Source of the DNA: Raillietiella orientalis
Lineage: Eukaryota
Assembly: GCA_036172245.1 (NCBI GenBank)
Contig: JAYWIR010000002.1
Location: forward strand, 3,286,001-3,350,000
Reading direction: 5' to 3'
DNA length: 64,000 nt
Part shown: in pieces, positions 1 through 12,000 of the stretch
Position numbering within the stretch: position 1 is the stretch's first letter
Layout: the number at the start of each line of letters is the position of its first letter
Made by a program: the position numbers and the translations under genes
The notes under the pieces: generated by a model
Database searches by the model: none
What the model was told of the DNA's origin: nothing
The model's input: only the letters and a program-made list of their open reading frames with translations

Positions 1-1452
1 AAAATGAAACCTGCAGAAGTATTGAGCTTCAGAAAAGAGAATAGGAAGAAAAAAAAGAATAATTTAAAGAGTTTTAATTATTCATTGTAACCACAGTCAT
101 TCTCTAATAATCTTATGGTGGTTCTCATACTAACAGTCATGTCTTATTGTTTGATTTCACACTTCATAGATTCCTACTCACCACAAATCTATATTTAAAA
201 AGAAATAATTGATTATCTGTGGAATCATCTGCATGATCTGCATTCAATCTCATTTCATAATTCATAGTAATGAAAAAAATACACTCCATTTCTTACAAGT
301 CCTCTTCTACAAAGAGAGGAAATTTTGATGAGACTTTGTAGTGCTCGACGAATAAGAACTGGGCCACTTGTTGATTTCTTAGTGGAACAAGACATTTCAC
401 ATGTGACTATCCTCTACAAACGACGAAACTACCAAGAGCCCATGCAGTCCTCACACTTCTCATGTGCGTAGAATCCCTGCTTTAGCTAGAGAGTCATCCA
501 GTAAAAGTATTTCAAGTATTCCAGGACTTGAAGGTGTGTGGATTAATGCAAACAGAAAGCCCCTGTTCTCTCCAATATTAACTTCTCCTGATGTCATCTT
601 TGTATGTCAAACCATAGAACTTTAGCTGGTACGCTGCAAGTTCTATCCCAGTGGAAACGGCGGAAGAATCAGCATTCACTCTGTTTATGTGTACAAGGAA
701 AGAGAAGATAGTACTACAAGATAGTACTATGGACTGTTGCAGAACGATTTTTCCAGTCCTTGCAGTCGTGAAGCCTTAAGTGATGTCTTTCAGCTGCGGT
801 TTGGCATACGTGTTTACCTGGTCGGACGTGTACATCCAGGGAGAAGCATGCAAGAGTTAGAAAATAACGGTCATGTAACAGAGACAAGGGATTCATTTTA
901 TGCTCAATAAAACAATCATGCAGTTTCACAGGCTTCCTAATTTCGTTCCGATGCTTTTGTTGCAACCCTTGTGGTAACCTCAGTTGCATCTTCAGTGTGC
1001 CCTCCACTAAAACGATTCATTCACGATGTTCTTTCCGATAATGCATTTTGCAGGGTTTTTTTTTCTCTCCAAGGCCCGTTTTTCTTTAAAAAAAAGAATC
1101 ATTAAGACGTGTTGCGATAGTAGTACCACTCAGCAATAAGCAAAAACAAGCTAGCGAAAGGGAGCACAGAATGGTGGAATCGGTTTCCTGAACACGAATG
1201 TATTAGCAGATTTAGAGCCTAGTATCATAATTAATCAGTAGATAAGTAAGATGTAGTTGGGGACTTTTTTTGGTAACTTGCCACATGTCTAAATACTTGT
1301 CTTCTACTTTGATTTAGTTTTTTTTTTTTTTTAGACTTTAACAACAAAACATGCTTAATAGCTTCCTTGTTTGAACAGTTTAAGAAAGTTGAATTGTATT
1401 TTGTCGAATGTTTGCAATCCAAATCGTGTGATCAGTTCTCCAAATTCATGCA

Positions 1453-4340
1453 ATGGCAAAGTCTGCTCATGTCAAACACAAGAAAGATTCTGGTGGCCCA
1501 GAAAACACAAGAAAAACTTGGAAACGATCAGCTAAAGTTCAAAGGAAAGAACTTCGACTATATATTCTTTTCGCAGTACCCTTGCTTTCCATTGCAGCTT
1601 ATATGACTTTCAAGGGATATCTAGAAACACGAGTAAATACATCACACAAGTCTCCGAAGGTATAATTTGTCATTAAAGAAAGTTTCCATTTTTCTGTGCC
1701 CAAGTAATGTCCTTCAGAAAATAAATGGTTTCTATGAACTGTTGTAAGTAACCAGACTTTATTTTCTGGAAAATTTTCCATTTCTTTATGACCAAAAGTA
1801 TAAAAGCGAATCATTGTGCTTCTAAAAAGCAGTTCTAAACTTTCATGAGCTACTTGGTGACCAAACAAGATTTTGGATTACAGATATCTGTTTTCTAGGT
1901 TGTACATAAGTCTGGACATGATGTGCCTAATAAATTTTGGGGTAGTTATCGACCAGGCTGTTATTTTGGTTTAAAGACCCGCACTGAGCAGTCATTGTTG
2001 CTTGGTCTTATGTGGTTCTCACCTAGTGACTTACGTGAACATTATTTACCACTCCGGTAAAGTAGACCATATGAAATTTGTGCATCTAACTTAACTCTGT
2101 GCAGACATTGGTGTGAACAAGGAGATAACCTTCCTTTTTATAGCTGGAAACAACATGATGGGATTCACTTTGGCATTCAAGAAATTCATGATACGTACTT
2201 TGTTGTGAATACTAGCTTTGTTAAACGTTTCAATGCAGTTCATCCAGGAGACTGGGCTGTTAGAATAAATGTTGCTCCATTTGTATGTATGTTGAGATGG
2301 GTATCCGATATCTTATGTTTTATAGAAAGAAATAGAGCCTTGGCAACAATCTATTGCCCTTTTTTTTTATGCATATCAAGAAGGTAATAGTGATGCAATG
2401 CTACAACCTGAAATACAGCAATTTCAAATGAAAGCAATTCATGGATATAATAATGACTTAGGAAATTATAGCATTAATTTTGCTAGCCAGTCTGTAGGCC
2501 ACAATTTTTTTTTGTCTACTCATGTGCCACATGCTGATCAATTGACTGATGCACTTAGAAGAAACTTGAAAGTTTATGCAACTGGAACAAATAAAGATAC
2601 ACTTCTCATAGGCCTTAGTGGAGAGTCTGAAGAGAAAAATAAACCTCAAAATTCCAATTTCTTGGTCTATCAGTTGCTTGCTCAAATGCCAGCAGAACTA
2701 GAAGTGACCTTTGAAAATACAGGTTTCTCAGAATCCCATCAACCATGGACAAGCAATTTAATCACAGAATTGTTGTGGCAACAGCAGCAACAATTTGAGG
2801 AACGTTTTGAAACCATATTTGGTTTAAAATCCAAAGGATTTGACCATGACCAAAGGCAGTTTGCCCAAGCTGTTCTTAGCAACTTAGTGGGAGGTATAGG
2901 ATATTTTCATGGCAATTCTCAGGTTCAATCAATATATAACAAGGTAAGAAATTCAGAAAAAAAATGCAAATGATTTTATTGGTTCCAGCAACATGTACCC
3001 TATTGGAAGGCTTCTCTTTATACAGCTGTTCCATCTCGCAGTTATTTCCCTCGAGGGTTTTTGTGGGATGAAGGATTTCATAATTTAGTCATTGCTCGGT
3101 GGGATGAATCCATTTCATGGGATATTTTGGCACATTGGTTGGACTTGATGAATGTAGAAGGCTGGATTCCAAGGGAGCAGATTTTGGGTTCAGAAGCTTT
3201 AGCTAAAGTAGGAAATCCATGTCTACAGGCACAGATGGATTCAATTTCAGGTGCCGCCAGAGTTTGTAGTCCAACGAAATTCAAATGCAAATCCTCCTGC
3301 TTTGATGCTCACATTAGAATACCTATTGGATCAAATACAAAAGGTAAATAGAATAGTAGTATGGTTTAATGCATTTATAGCGTGACATGAGTCCACGGGA
3401 AGAAGAATATCTAGTATTGATGTGGCCTCGTTTAGTGTCTTGGTATATGTGGTTAAATACAACTCAGCAAGGAAACATTCCTGGTTCTTATCGTTGGCGT
3501 GGAAGGGATGCCCATGCAATCAAAGAGCTCAATCCCAAGACACTGCCCTCTGGTCTGGATGATTATCCTAGAGCTTCACATCCCACAGATGAAGAAAGAC
3601 ACTTGGATTTACGTTGTTGGATGGCTTTAAGTTCGCGAGTGCTTTCAGTTCTGGCCACACTTCTACATTATGATCCTACTCCATTTTCCAATACATTCCA
3701 ATATTTAACTGATAGTCAGTTGTTGGACCAGTTGCATTGGTCAGCTGCAGCAGAAGCTTATCTGGATTTTGGTCTTCATACAGACAAAATTATACTAAGA
3801 AGACCCCCTGTACAAATTGGTGATCCTCCTGTTGTGAAAGATAAAGAACGAGAAGTACTGGAATCTCCCCAATATCAATATGTGCCATCTTTTGGCTATG
3901 TTAGTATCTTCCCTTTGCTTTTGAAGTTACTTAGTCCAGATTCTCCACGTCTCGAAACATTGTTGCATGATATTCGAGATCCCAAAGTATTATGGACAAA
4001 ATTTGGCTTGAGATCCTTAGCTCCTTCATCTTCATTATATAAGAAGCGCAATACAGAACATGACCCTCCTTATTGGAGAGGAGCAGTTTGGATCAATATT
4101 AATTATCTTGCTGTGAGAGCTCTGTGGCATTACAGCACCATCGAGGGACCATTTAGAATGCTGGCACGGCAAATTTATCAAGAACTTCGTGAGAATTTGA
4201 TACAGAATCTGTATGCCGAATACAAACGTACTGGATATATTTGGGAAAACTATAATGATGTGACAGGAAGAGGTCAAGGTTCTCATCCTTTTACTGGGTG
4301 GTCATCCTTGATTGTACTTATCATGGCAGAGAAATATTAA
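1453..4340 (+). CDS. MOGS: Mannosyl-oligosaccharide glucosidase (glucosidase I, GH63). Seven coding exons: 1453-1659, 1899-2056, 2105-2282, 2326-2943, 2989-3207, 3251-3343, 3381-4340
   Basis: The spliced translation gives a basic N-terminal tail, a type II TM segment ([18 protein letters not shown]) and family motifs [92 protein letters not shown] and [11 protein letters not shown]. All six introns are GT..AG (239, 48, 43, 45, 43, 37 nt) and keep the frame. Confidence 0.96.
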
Positions 4341-4642
4341 TGTAATTGCGTGTTTTAATTTGTGATTAAGTTCTTTCAGATTTCAGGTTGTTGATGTGTT
4401 GGTATATTCTGATTCGGAAGTCAGAATTAGCCCTAGTAGTAATTAGCCCTAATCTAAGCATTAGTAAGGAATTATATATGTATTTTCAAGTGCCTTACTT
4501 TAAGGGATTCATTGATTTGTGATAATGAAGAATGTTTTGTGTTGATATGCTGTTTTAAATTTGATTCCAGAATCAATCTAAGCATATAAAATTGAAAGAA
4601 TGCTTCATTATTTTTGTTTTGTTTTTTCATCTATCAGTTGTT

Positions 4643-5155
4643 TCAGAGGCAACCTTCAAGTTCAGCCCTCAACCAAAAGCACTCCCTGTTTTCTTTCCAG
4701 TGACTGGTTTCATTACTATAGATTTCTTTTTTCCATATAGGGACTCGAGACTTGAGTTCATTGATTAAATATTCTATAGCATGCAAAGAATCATATCGAT
4801 GTTGTGCAGATACTGCAAGCGTGACACAACATTCATTTGCAGGAACTTCACCAAGCCTATACAAAGCTTGTATGAAGTCTTGAAATAGCTCTTCCCTATA
4901 CCTATGATACACAGCAATTTTGTGAACAGTCCACTTGTGGCGAATTTCCTTGATAATACTTTGCAAACACTTCCTGGCCATTGGAACATACGCTTCATAG
5001 TACAAGGCAACCACTTTATGATCCTCGGAGTGGTTTCTTACAGTTCCCATAAACAAAGAAACTGCTCCACACAATGGATCTTGAACCACATTATTGACTT
5101 CTTGTAAGGAAGGCATAGAATAGCACAGTTCAACTATATCAACTACTGAATTCAT
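4643..5155 (-). CDS. MOCS2B: Molybdopterin synthase catalytic (large) subunit, MoaE family. Exons 5155-4902 and 4856-4643; the N-terminus may be extended by an upstream exon
   Basis: Motifs CGAVSLFMGTVRN, LYYEAYVPMA, IAVYHR|LG and LKSRVPIWKKEIY...WKENREC. Removing the 45-nt GT..AG intron at 4857-4901 restores the canonical HRLG. A 3' splice acceptor (cttgcag) at 5162 lies just upstream of the ATG at 5155. Confidence 0.93.
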   Translation of the reverse strand: MNSVVDIVELCYSMPSLQEVNNVVQDPLCGAVSLFMGTVRNHSEDHKVVALYYEAYVPMARKCLQSIIKEIRHKWTVHKIAVYHRYREELFQDFIQALYRLGEVPANECCVTLAVSAQHRYDSLHAIEYLINELKSRVPIWKKEIYSNETSHWKENRECFWLRAELEGCL

Positions 5156-5791
5156 GATAACCTGCAAGTAGAACTGTCTTTCATGTTACAGAACAGATTT
5201 CAATTGCCAAATGATAAAATCATCAGCATAGTGAACTTTTATTTGTTACAGAATTCAAACATTCATGTGCTTACAATACTAAAGCAGTAAAATTTATGTG
5301 TTCAAGTGCATTAATATGTGAATGTCCATCAAATGGCAAGAGAAACAAATTGTAAGCAAAAATTTGATAAAGTATCAATCCATTTTCATATTACTGACAC
5401 AAACTTTTTTTCAACTAGTTACCACACCCACACACAAAAAAACAAGCTTGTAAAGGAAGTGCAAATGATACCTGAGTTTATGCTTGAACAAAATTAGTCC
5501 AATATATTAAATTTGCAGAAATGGTTTACATTACTGCAATTCCTTAACTTTCTGATAATTCTACATGATTCACAATTTAGGATCAAACAGATATAATTTA
5601 ACTGCATCTCGAAGTTATGAAAGGAGACAACCAAATTGAAACCACTAAAACAAAATGTGTATTATGCTTAAATTTTGAAGTTGTGTTACAAACACTTGTA
5701 ATTGACAAGTTTTGACAAGTGCAACAAAAACATGATAAAACAGCAAAGTGCACCCTCATTCAAAAAATTATAAAAAATGTTTGTATAAAAA

Positions 5792-6064
5792 TTAACCCCC
5801 ACTTATGGGTGGGATCACAGCAATCTCGTCACCATTTTGTAACAGCACTTCATCTTCGGTGGAAAGATACTCTTCATTCAGGGACAGCATTAGCCACTGG
5901 CTGATTGGTTTCAAAGCTTGAAATTCAGTGACAAGTAGGTCCAAAATGTGTGACTGCAGTAATGGTGTAGCAGGTATGCACATGATAGCTGCATCTTGAC
6001 AAACTACCTCCCTAGCTTTGCCAAAGAACAATATTTGAATCTGCACTTTTTCTGGCTCATCCAT
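5792..6064 (-). CDS. MOCS2A: Molybdopterin synthase sulfur-carrier (small) subunit, MoaD/ThiS ubiquitin-like fold
   Basis: 90-aa ORF with ILFFGKAREVV near the N-terminus, LSLNEEY, and C-terminal GDEIAVIPPISGG ending in the diagnostic Gly-Gly. It sits directly upstream of MOCS2B on the same strand. Confidence 0.95.
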   Translation of the reverse strand: MDEPEKVQIQILFFGKAREVVCQDAAIMCIPATPLLQSHILDLLVTEFQALKPISQWLMLSLNEEYLSTEDEVLLQNGDEIAVIPPISGG

Positions 6065-6124
6065 CTTATATCATGTGTTAGATCATCATTCATTATACAA
6101 ACATAATTCCTTGTTGGCAAATAC

Positions 6125-6171
6125 CATGTAACTTTTGATCATTCATGATAATTATCAGTAAAACTGGCTAC
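6125..6171 (-). other. Putative short first/shared exon of MOCS2, ending in ATG
   Basis: The minus strand reads cttaac..ttgtgttag|GTAGCC...ATGATCAAAAGTTACATG|gtattt. The donor at 6124 can join in frame to the acceptor at 6065 (MOCS2A) or at 5162 (MOCS2B). Confidence 0.45.
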
Positions 6172-6319
6172 CTAACACAATGTAGGTTAAGTCCAACCAC
6201 AATTTCAGATTGTTGAGTAAAACAAATTTAATAGTAATCCCTAACATTTCTGATATTAAAATTTAGAAACATTCCATACACTCATCCCATTCTGGGTTAT
6301 TCCTGAAATATTCATTACA

Positions 6320-8134
6320 TTATAAAAATACTTGATGATTAGCAAGAGTATCAGCAAATGGAGATATGATCTGACTGGTAGCAAAATAAAAAATAAGCCC
6401 AAAGAATACAGAAATGGGAAGAGCAGGCAAAGCTTTCTTGAAGATGGCCAATAAGAGCAAAGTGAGACTCAGTCCCTAAAAATGAAAAAGCAACACATAA
6501 TGATCGTACAAAGAATAACTTACAATTAGAATAGCAATGAAACAAGCTAATGTAGTATTCCAGTCCCCATAGGATGATGCCTTGCCCACAAGGACACTAT
6601 AGAAAATAAAGTCTCCTAGTCCCAGTTTAACACTTCCTGCAGTAAAAAAGAAAAATAACACTTTATAAATCTAGAATCTTACGATCATCTTCATCTGACT
6701 GAAGAGTACTAACTTCATTTTCAATGTGTTGACCACAGTTTGCAGCTGTAGAGCTAGAAAATGAGACAGTGTGTTCATTATGAAATTCTGGAGTACTATG
6801 GATGCTTTCTGTATGGTTTTCATTTGGAAAATGATCATGTGTTGAATCTTCTCTGCCCTGCATATACAACATGGTAGCTGTTTTGTTTCCTGCCTCTTGA
6901 AAAACCGGAAATGAAAAAAAAAAAGACTTACAAGAATAAATGAGAGCTGGGAATAGGGGCTCATTTCTTTCCTGAGCCAGCTCTACCAGCACGCGCAATG
7001 GTCCTTTTGGACAAAGAACAGCAATAAGATCTGAATTAAAATGCCATTTATATTTTTTCCAATACACATGCTCACCCCATATAGATATCACAGCCAAAAC
7101 AGCCCAAACTGTCCATTCGGGTAAATATTTGATAAACACTAAGGCAACAAGTGCTGCTATGAACACAAGATAAGTTTGCTGCAAACGAATAGGTCCCTTC
7201 CAATGTATACACATCATACCCATAACACCAAAATTCCACATTATAAATGCCACAGTAAAATAGTCCATTGGAATGTTGTATTGCTGTAAAACTTCACTAA
7301 AAATGAAGCTCCCAGTAGACACAAAATAAAACAAGGATACACACACTTACCTAAGAAAGTCATAAACAAAAAAGAATAGTAACAAAAGTGAGGAAATTAT
7401 CAACCACCCATGGATAACCTGCAATAAATGAATTTAATCTGAATGTTCATCATCATCTAACCTTATAGAAATGATACTTGTACAAAATGATCAGCAATAT
7501 TGTGAACACAACAATGACACTCATTAATATGAAGGCATTCGCTGTAGCATGCCATACTTTTGTGGCAACATCATTAGGTCCACCATAAAATGGAGTATAA
7601 AAACTAAATCAAATTGCAATTAAAAAATAATATACTATTTTGCTTACAGATATACTCCTGTTTGTGTAGAGGAACTAATGGAACAGATAGTTGCTATGAC
7701 TACAAGCATACACAGAGTTACTGGAACAAATAATTTGATCACATGCTCAGCTCCATGCTTTAGGACTAGTTCATCCTCTGCATTCCATTCTCCCACATTA
7801 GCAGGTGAAGAATGTATTCCTTCCTTCTTTTTAAAATAAAGCATTAGTTGTTTTAAAATCTGCTGCCACTTTTCTTTTTGATATTAATATCCCCATGCAA
7901 ATAAAAAAACACCTCCTTATAATTAGTTTTCTAAACTCTCTTAAGAGCTTAGGATTAACAATTAAGGAAATGACAGAAAAATAAATTTATTAAATAAACT
8001 GCCCAAATACTTTTTAAATTCGATGGCATCTTACATACTTTAGGAACATCTGCATCCTTCGCTGAATCAGGTGAACTAAGGTTACAGTGACTAGAAGACT
8101 GTCCTACGAATCCAATCCGTGCATTATCACTCAT
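6320..8134 (-). CDS. PSEN: Presenilin (gamma-secretase catalytic subunit). Exons approx. 8134-8039, 7826(or 7823)-7648, 7603-7462, 7418-7351, 7296-7076, 7030-6932, 6877-6683, 6636-6524, 6475-6320
   Basis: Spliced translation has [51 protein letters not shown], catalytic [17 protein letters not shown] and [13 protein letters not shown], and the PAL motif [12 protein letters not shown] introns are mostly 43-54 nt. The first exon (MSDNARIG..) and the NAGNAG acceptor of exon 2 are less certain. Confidence 0.95.
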
Positions 8135-8259
8135 TAGTAAGGATGTTTATTGATCAAATGCATAAAACACTTAAGCACTTATACAGCATAAGCCTTTAAT
8201 GGCTGACTGAAGAGACAAGTCCTAGTTTTATCATAACTGGATTCTTATGATACTGCAAA

Positions 8260-9060
8260 ATCAGGTCTGTCGGCATATCGGAAGTAAGTTCCTTTTATGA
8301 AACTGTGAACTTCACATATAAATTCAACGTGATTTTTATTTCTTGGTTATTCTTTCTGTAAGTATGTATTACACATATGAAACAGAAGAATGATAGGAGA
8401 ACCCGAACAAAACCTGAAAATATGGTGAAACAATTTTGTGGGAAAACAAAACAACGCAAACTGAAGGTACAATATTGTGGCAAACACGACTACGTTCCTC
8501 GGAAATGGAGGATTCCAAAATTACCGGATAACCTTGGGCGTTTTCCTTCAATTTCCGCCAACCGTCTGGCCACCGTACTTTCGAAACGGCATATGTGCTA
8601 AATCAGCACACAAAAGCGAGAGACTGGTTCGAGAACACCTTCACTTCTTACCAAGTCTAACACAATTATAAACATATTACAGAGATGCTTTTCACTAGCA
8701 AGCTGCATATCTTGCGCAACAGCTCCTATGTCTAGACGACAACAACAACCCCTCACGAAGCCATGACCTCCAGGAGCCGAACGAGACATTGACCAGGCAC
8801 GCAACTGCACCCAGACGACCACCGCCTACACGCACTTCATTAGGCATTTCGTTGCCACGAGTTCCCAATGATGTTTGCTTAATATTAAACGGATCGACGG
8901 ACTGCCTGTTCATGCAAATTTCCTTGCTTTGAGAAGTACCAACTCTGTCTTAAATTCAAAGTGCACCTCAGTCATGTAGGCAACCAACTCCTTGGTCACC
9001 TTTGATTCATGCTTACTTCTCGTTTCCTAATAGCGACACTGCGCTTCCTAAGGACAGCCC
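8260..9060. promoter_or_regulatory. CpG-retaining region upstream of presenilin (likely promoter / 5' region)
   Basis: CpG dinucleotides reappear abruptly upstream of the presenilin ATG, after a CpG-poor gene body. No recognisable ORF is present. Confidence 0.35.
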
Positions 9061-12000
9061 TCCGTCTCATTTCAAGGCTGACAAGAAAAAAAATTAAGAC
9101 AGAAGATATTGCAGAAGCAATATCTTCTGAGTAATGTGGAGTTCATTAAGCTGTCCGCTAAAATTCACAAAATAAAAAGGAAACAGCTAGCAACAGGACA
9201 TGAAGAAGAGTGCATCCACTTGGATATATAGAAACGGAACTACGAATCTGGGTGAAAAGGACAGATTTCCAAATCCCGCTCTATACGTGAGAATTCTGAA
9301 TGCTTTTGGAATTTGCAGCAGGGGAAGTCTGTCAGGAAATGGCGGAGAGAAAAAGACTGCAGCCTTTCAACAAGAAAGAATGAAGCCTTGGATGCATATT
9401 TCCGTGAAGATCAGAAAATTGTGAGAGAATGCATCTCCAGATAGAAGTGAGTAACTGGCAGATTTGAGGAATGAGATAGAGTTTGGTCGACTATTCAGCA
9501 AAAACCCAAACCCTCGATGTGTGCATTCAGATGCATCCGTATCTGGCTACCTCCTGTTATGAGAAGCAAAAAAAATCGTCGATTTTGTGGCAACATGAAA
9601 GTTTGCATTCTCACATTTATCTTCAATGATTAGGAAGCAGTGATTGTTTTCTTAAAGAATATTTTGGTCTAGTAGCAAAGTAAAAAAGAGAGCCTTTTCA
9701 AAGGTCGATGCAAAGCTCAAAACATCTGCGATGCAAGTAAGTGGCATCCGTGTGCACAGTTTTGCCTCAAGGTGAACTGCTTGCAATCACAGAAGACTTC
9801 TAGATCTGTTGCTTGAGAGGACCACACTAGTGGTCTAAACAGAACCGAACTACCAGTTCATTGCGAGAAGGGGGCAGTCAGAACAAACGAGTATGTGTGC
9901 CAAAATCAACAATCCAAATGCATTGTGCATCTAAATGCATTTATTCTTGTTCAAACCCCCTTCCCCGTTCCGGAATATAATCTAGCAATATTTCTCAGGT
10001 TATTCCTATGCCTATTATACTCTCCTAAAGGAGTCCCATCGTTAAGGAAATTCGAGAACCAGCCAAGTCCGGATTAGAGGGGTCTCAAAAAGAGAAGAAG
10101 AAAACTAAGCAGAAAATGATTGGACTGTGTTTCCGGGTGATCAGAGAGAATGACTGAAAAGCAATTCGAAAAAAGACTAACTGTTTGCACGAGTGTTTCG
10201 TTCAGAGTCATAATTTGGAACATTCCATAAGAACATTCCAATGACTCCAACTGTTCCTCTGATGAGCTTTAGACTCTCGAATAGCACGCTCATGTATGCG
10301 TAGAGACTATGAATAGACATTGCTGCTTCCTGAAGGAATGGAGCAATCATGTTCGGATGTCCTCGAAAAGTCCAGTATCATTTGTTTTTATTCCTACTGG
10401 ACATGTGTGTGTGTGGGTGTTTTTTTTTCTCCCTTGGAGTTCTCAGAGTAGAGAACGAAACTGAAAACTTGTGATTTGGGTTAAGACCGATTCATTGGAT
10501 TATTTGAGACTTACCGACTCAAATGGAAAGAACCGTGGAAATGAAAAAGGTAATCAAAAGCTGATATGATAATTATGAATAGTGTAATGAGGGGGGATTA
10601 TGGAATTTATTATTCCAAGGGGATAATCTCAACCATCCCTTTTGAGAATCTGACGAAAGATTGATGAAAATATGGAAAATACTTTATCTAATTCAATATG
10701 TATTCCATGTTTCATCGGAATGTGTTTTTTTTTCCTTTTTTTTCATTTTCGAAGATGGATCCGAAGATACCTACCAGTATAAGCAATAGTTCCTCAAATA
10801 AGAAACGGGAGAGGAATATTCTTTGAGTTCTTTGCTGCAATTAGCATCAGCTTTCGACGATTCCGTACGCGAATTAATTTGAAAAATAAGAGTCTAACTG
10901 CTTTCCTTAGAGAAATAGTAAGCAGATCGATCAAAGGGTGAAGTGGCATCACTGGTCACGAGCAGCCTGCATGGCCCGTCACGATATAAATACCAACAGC
11001 CTGCCACTGTCGAAGGCAAATGCAAGACTGCCTTTCAGGTGTTGCACAGCCTCGGTGGACCAACACGGGTGACAGCGGCTGTTCTTCTTGCCTCTCCGAT
11101 GTAGACTGGCGCGTGCGCGTCTCGCCTTCTCGCCTTCCGAGCACTTCCAGCGGCTTTGTGGAAAAGCAGCCAGAATTCGTGCCCCTCCCCCGTCCTCCTC
11201 TATCGAAGGAGGAACCTGATGTCAGATCTTCGATGCTTGGGTTCACGACGCGCGCTACCTTTCTTGAATCAAATGGGGACGCGGGCGGCGGCGTGAATCC
11301 TTCCGCTTGCCGGATAGTGGGCGACCTCACTCGGCAAGTCGCGGCGCGCTCCTGTTCCCGGTGTGTTCTGGGCATCGCCTTTCGCGCTCCTCCTGGCCTT
11401 GGGTCACCACCTCCTGCTGACACCGCAATCGTGCACGCTCTTTCTCCAGTCGCCACTTGCCTTGGAGGCAGGCTTCCGCGACCACAGAGTCGCGCGTCAG
11501 CGTCGGTAGAGCAGCATCGACCATCTTCCTCTCCTCCCTTCCGTCTCCTAGGGAGAGTGGTGTTCCGTCTTCGCCAGCAGATCGGAAATCAGGAAGGCAG
11601 CGCTGCTCAGGAGACCTTCTGCATCCCCCACCCCTCCCAAAGTGGCTCTTCCTTCCCCCTTTTCCCTACAGAGGAGAGGGGACGAGAGAGGAAACGGCAC
11701 TCGGGGAGACGCTCCCCGTCGAGTGGACCCCTAAATTGCGTGCTCTTCCCAGCTGCGGCTCGATCTTGGTACATCCTCTGCGCAGGGGGACTGTCCCCAA
11801 AGTAACGAAGAGAGGGACCGGGGGAAGGGGCAAAGGAACGAAGACATCTCGAGCTGCAGAGTCGCGCTGCTGCTGCTGTGACCTGGGGATCAGGGCGAGT
11901 CGAGAGAGCCAATCGTCCAAGAGCACTCTGCCCGAGGAGGCGACCTCAGCGGCTGCTTCCGCGGCCATTCCTCCGATCCCATCCAGGAAAGTCCAGGAAA

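Noticed and set aside
706-730. Short tandem duplications (aagatagtacta x2; also aattagccct x2 at 4425-4450 and gtgtaattcttca x2 near 21340)
   Set aside because: These are ordinary slippage-scale duplications with no evidence of function.
1-1100. Possible exons of a neighbouring gene (minus-strand splice-like signals near 11, 27, 130 and 181; ORF 714-1007)
   Set aside because: I could not assemble a consistent or recognisable reading frame on either strand, so the region is left unannotated.
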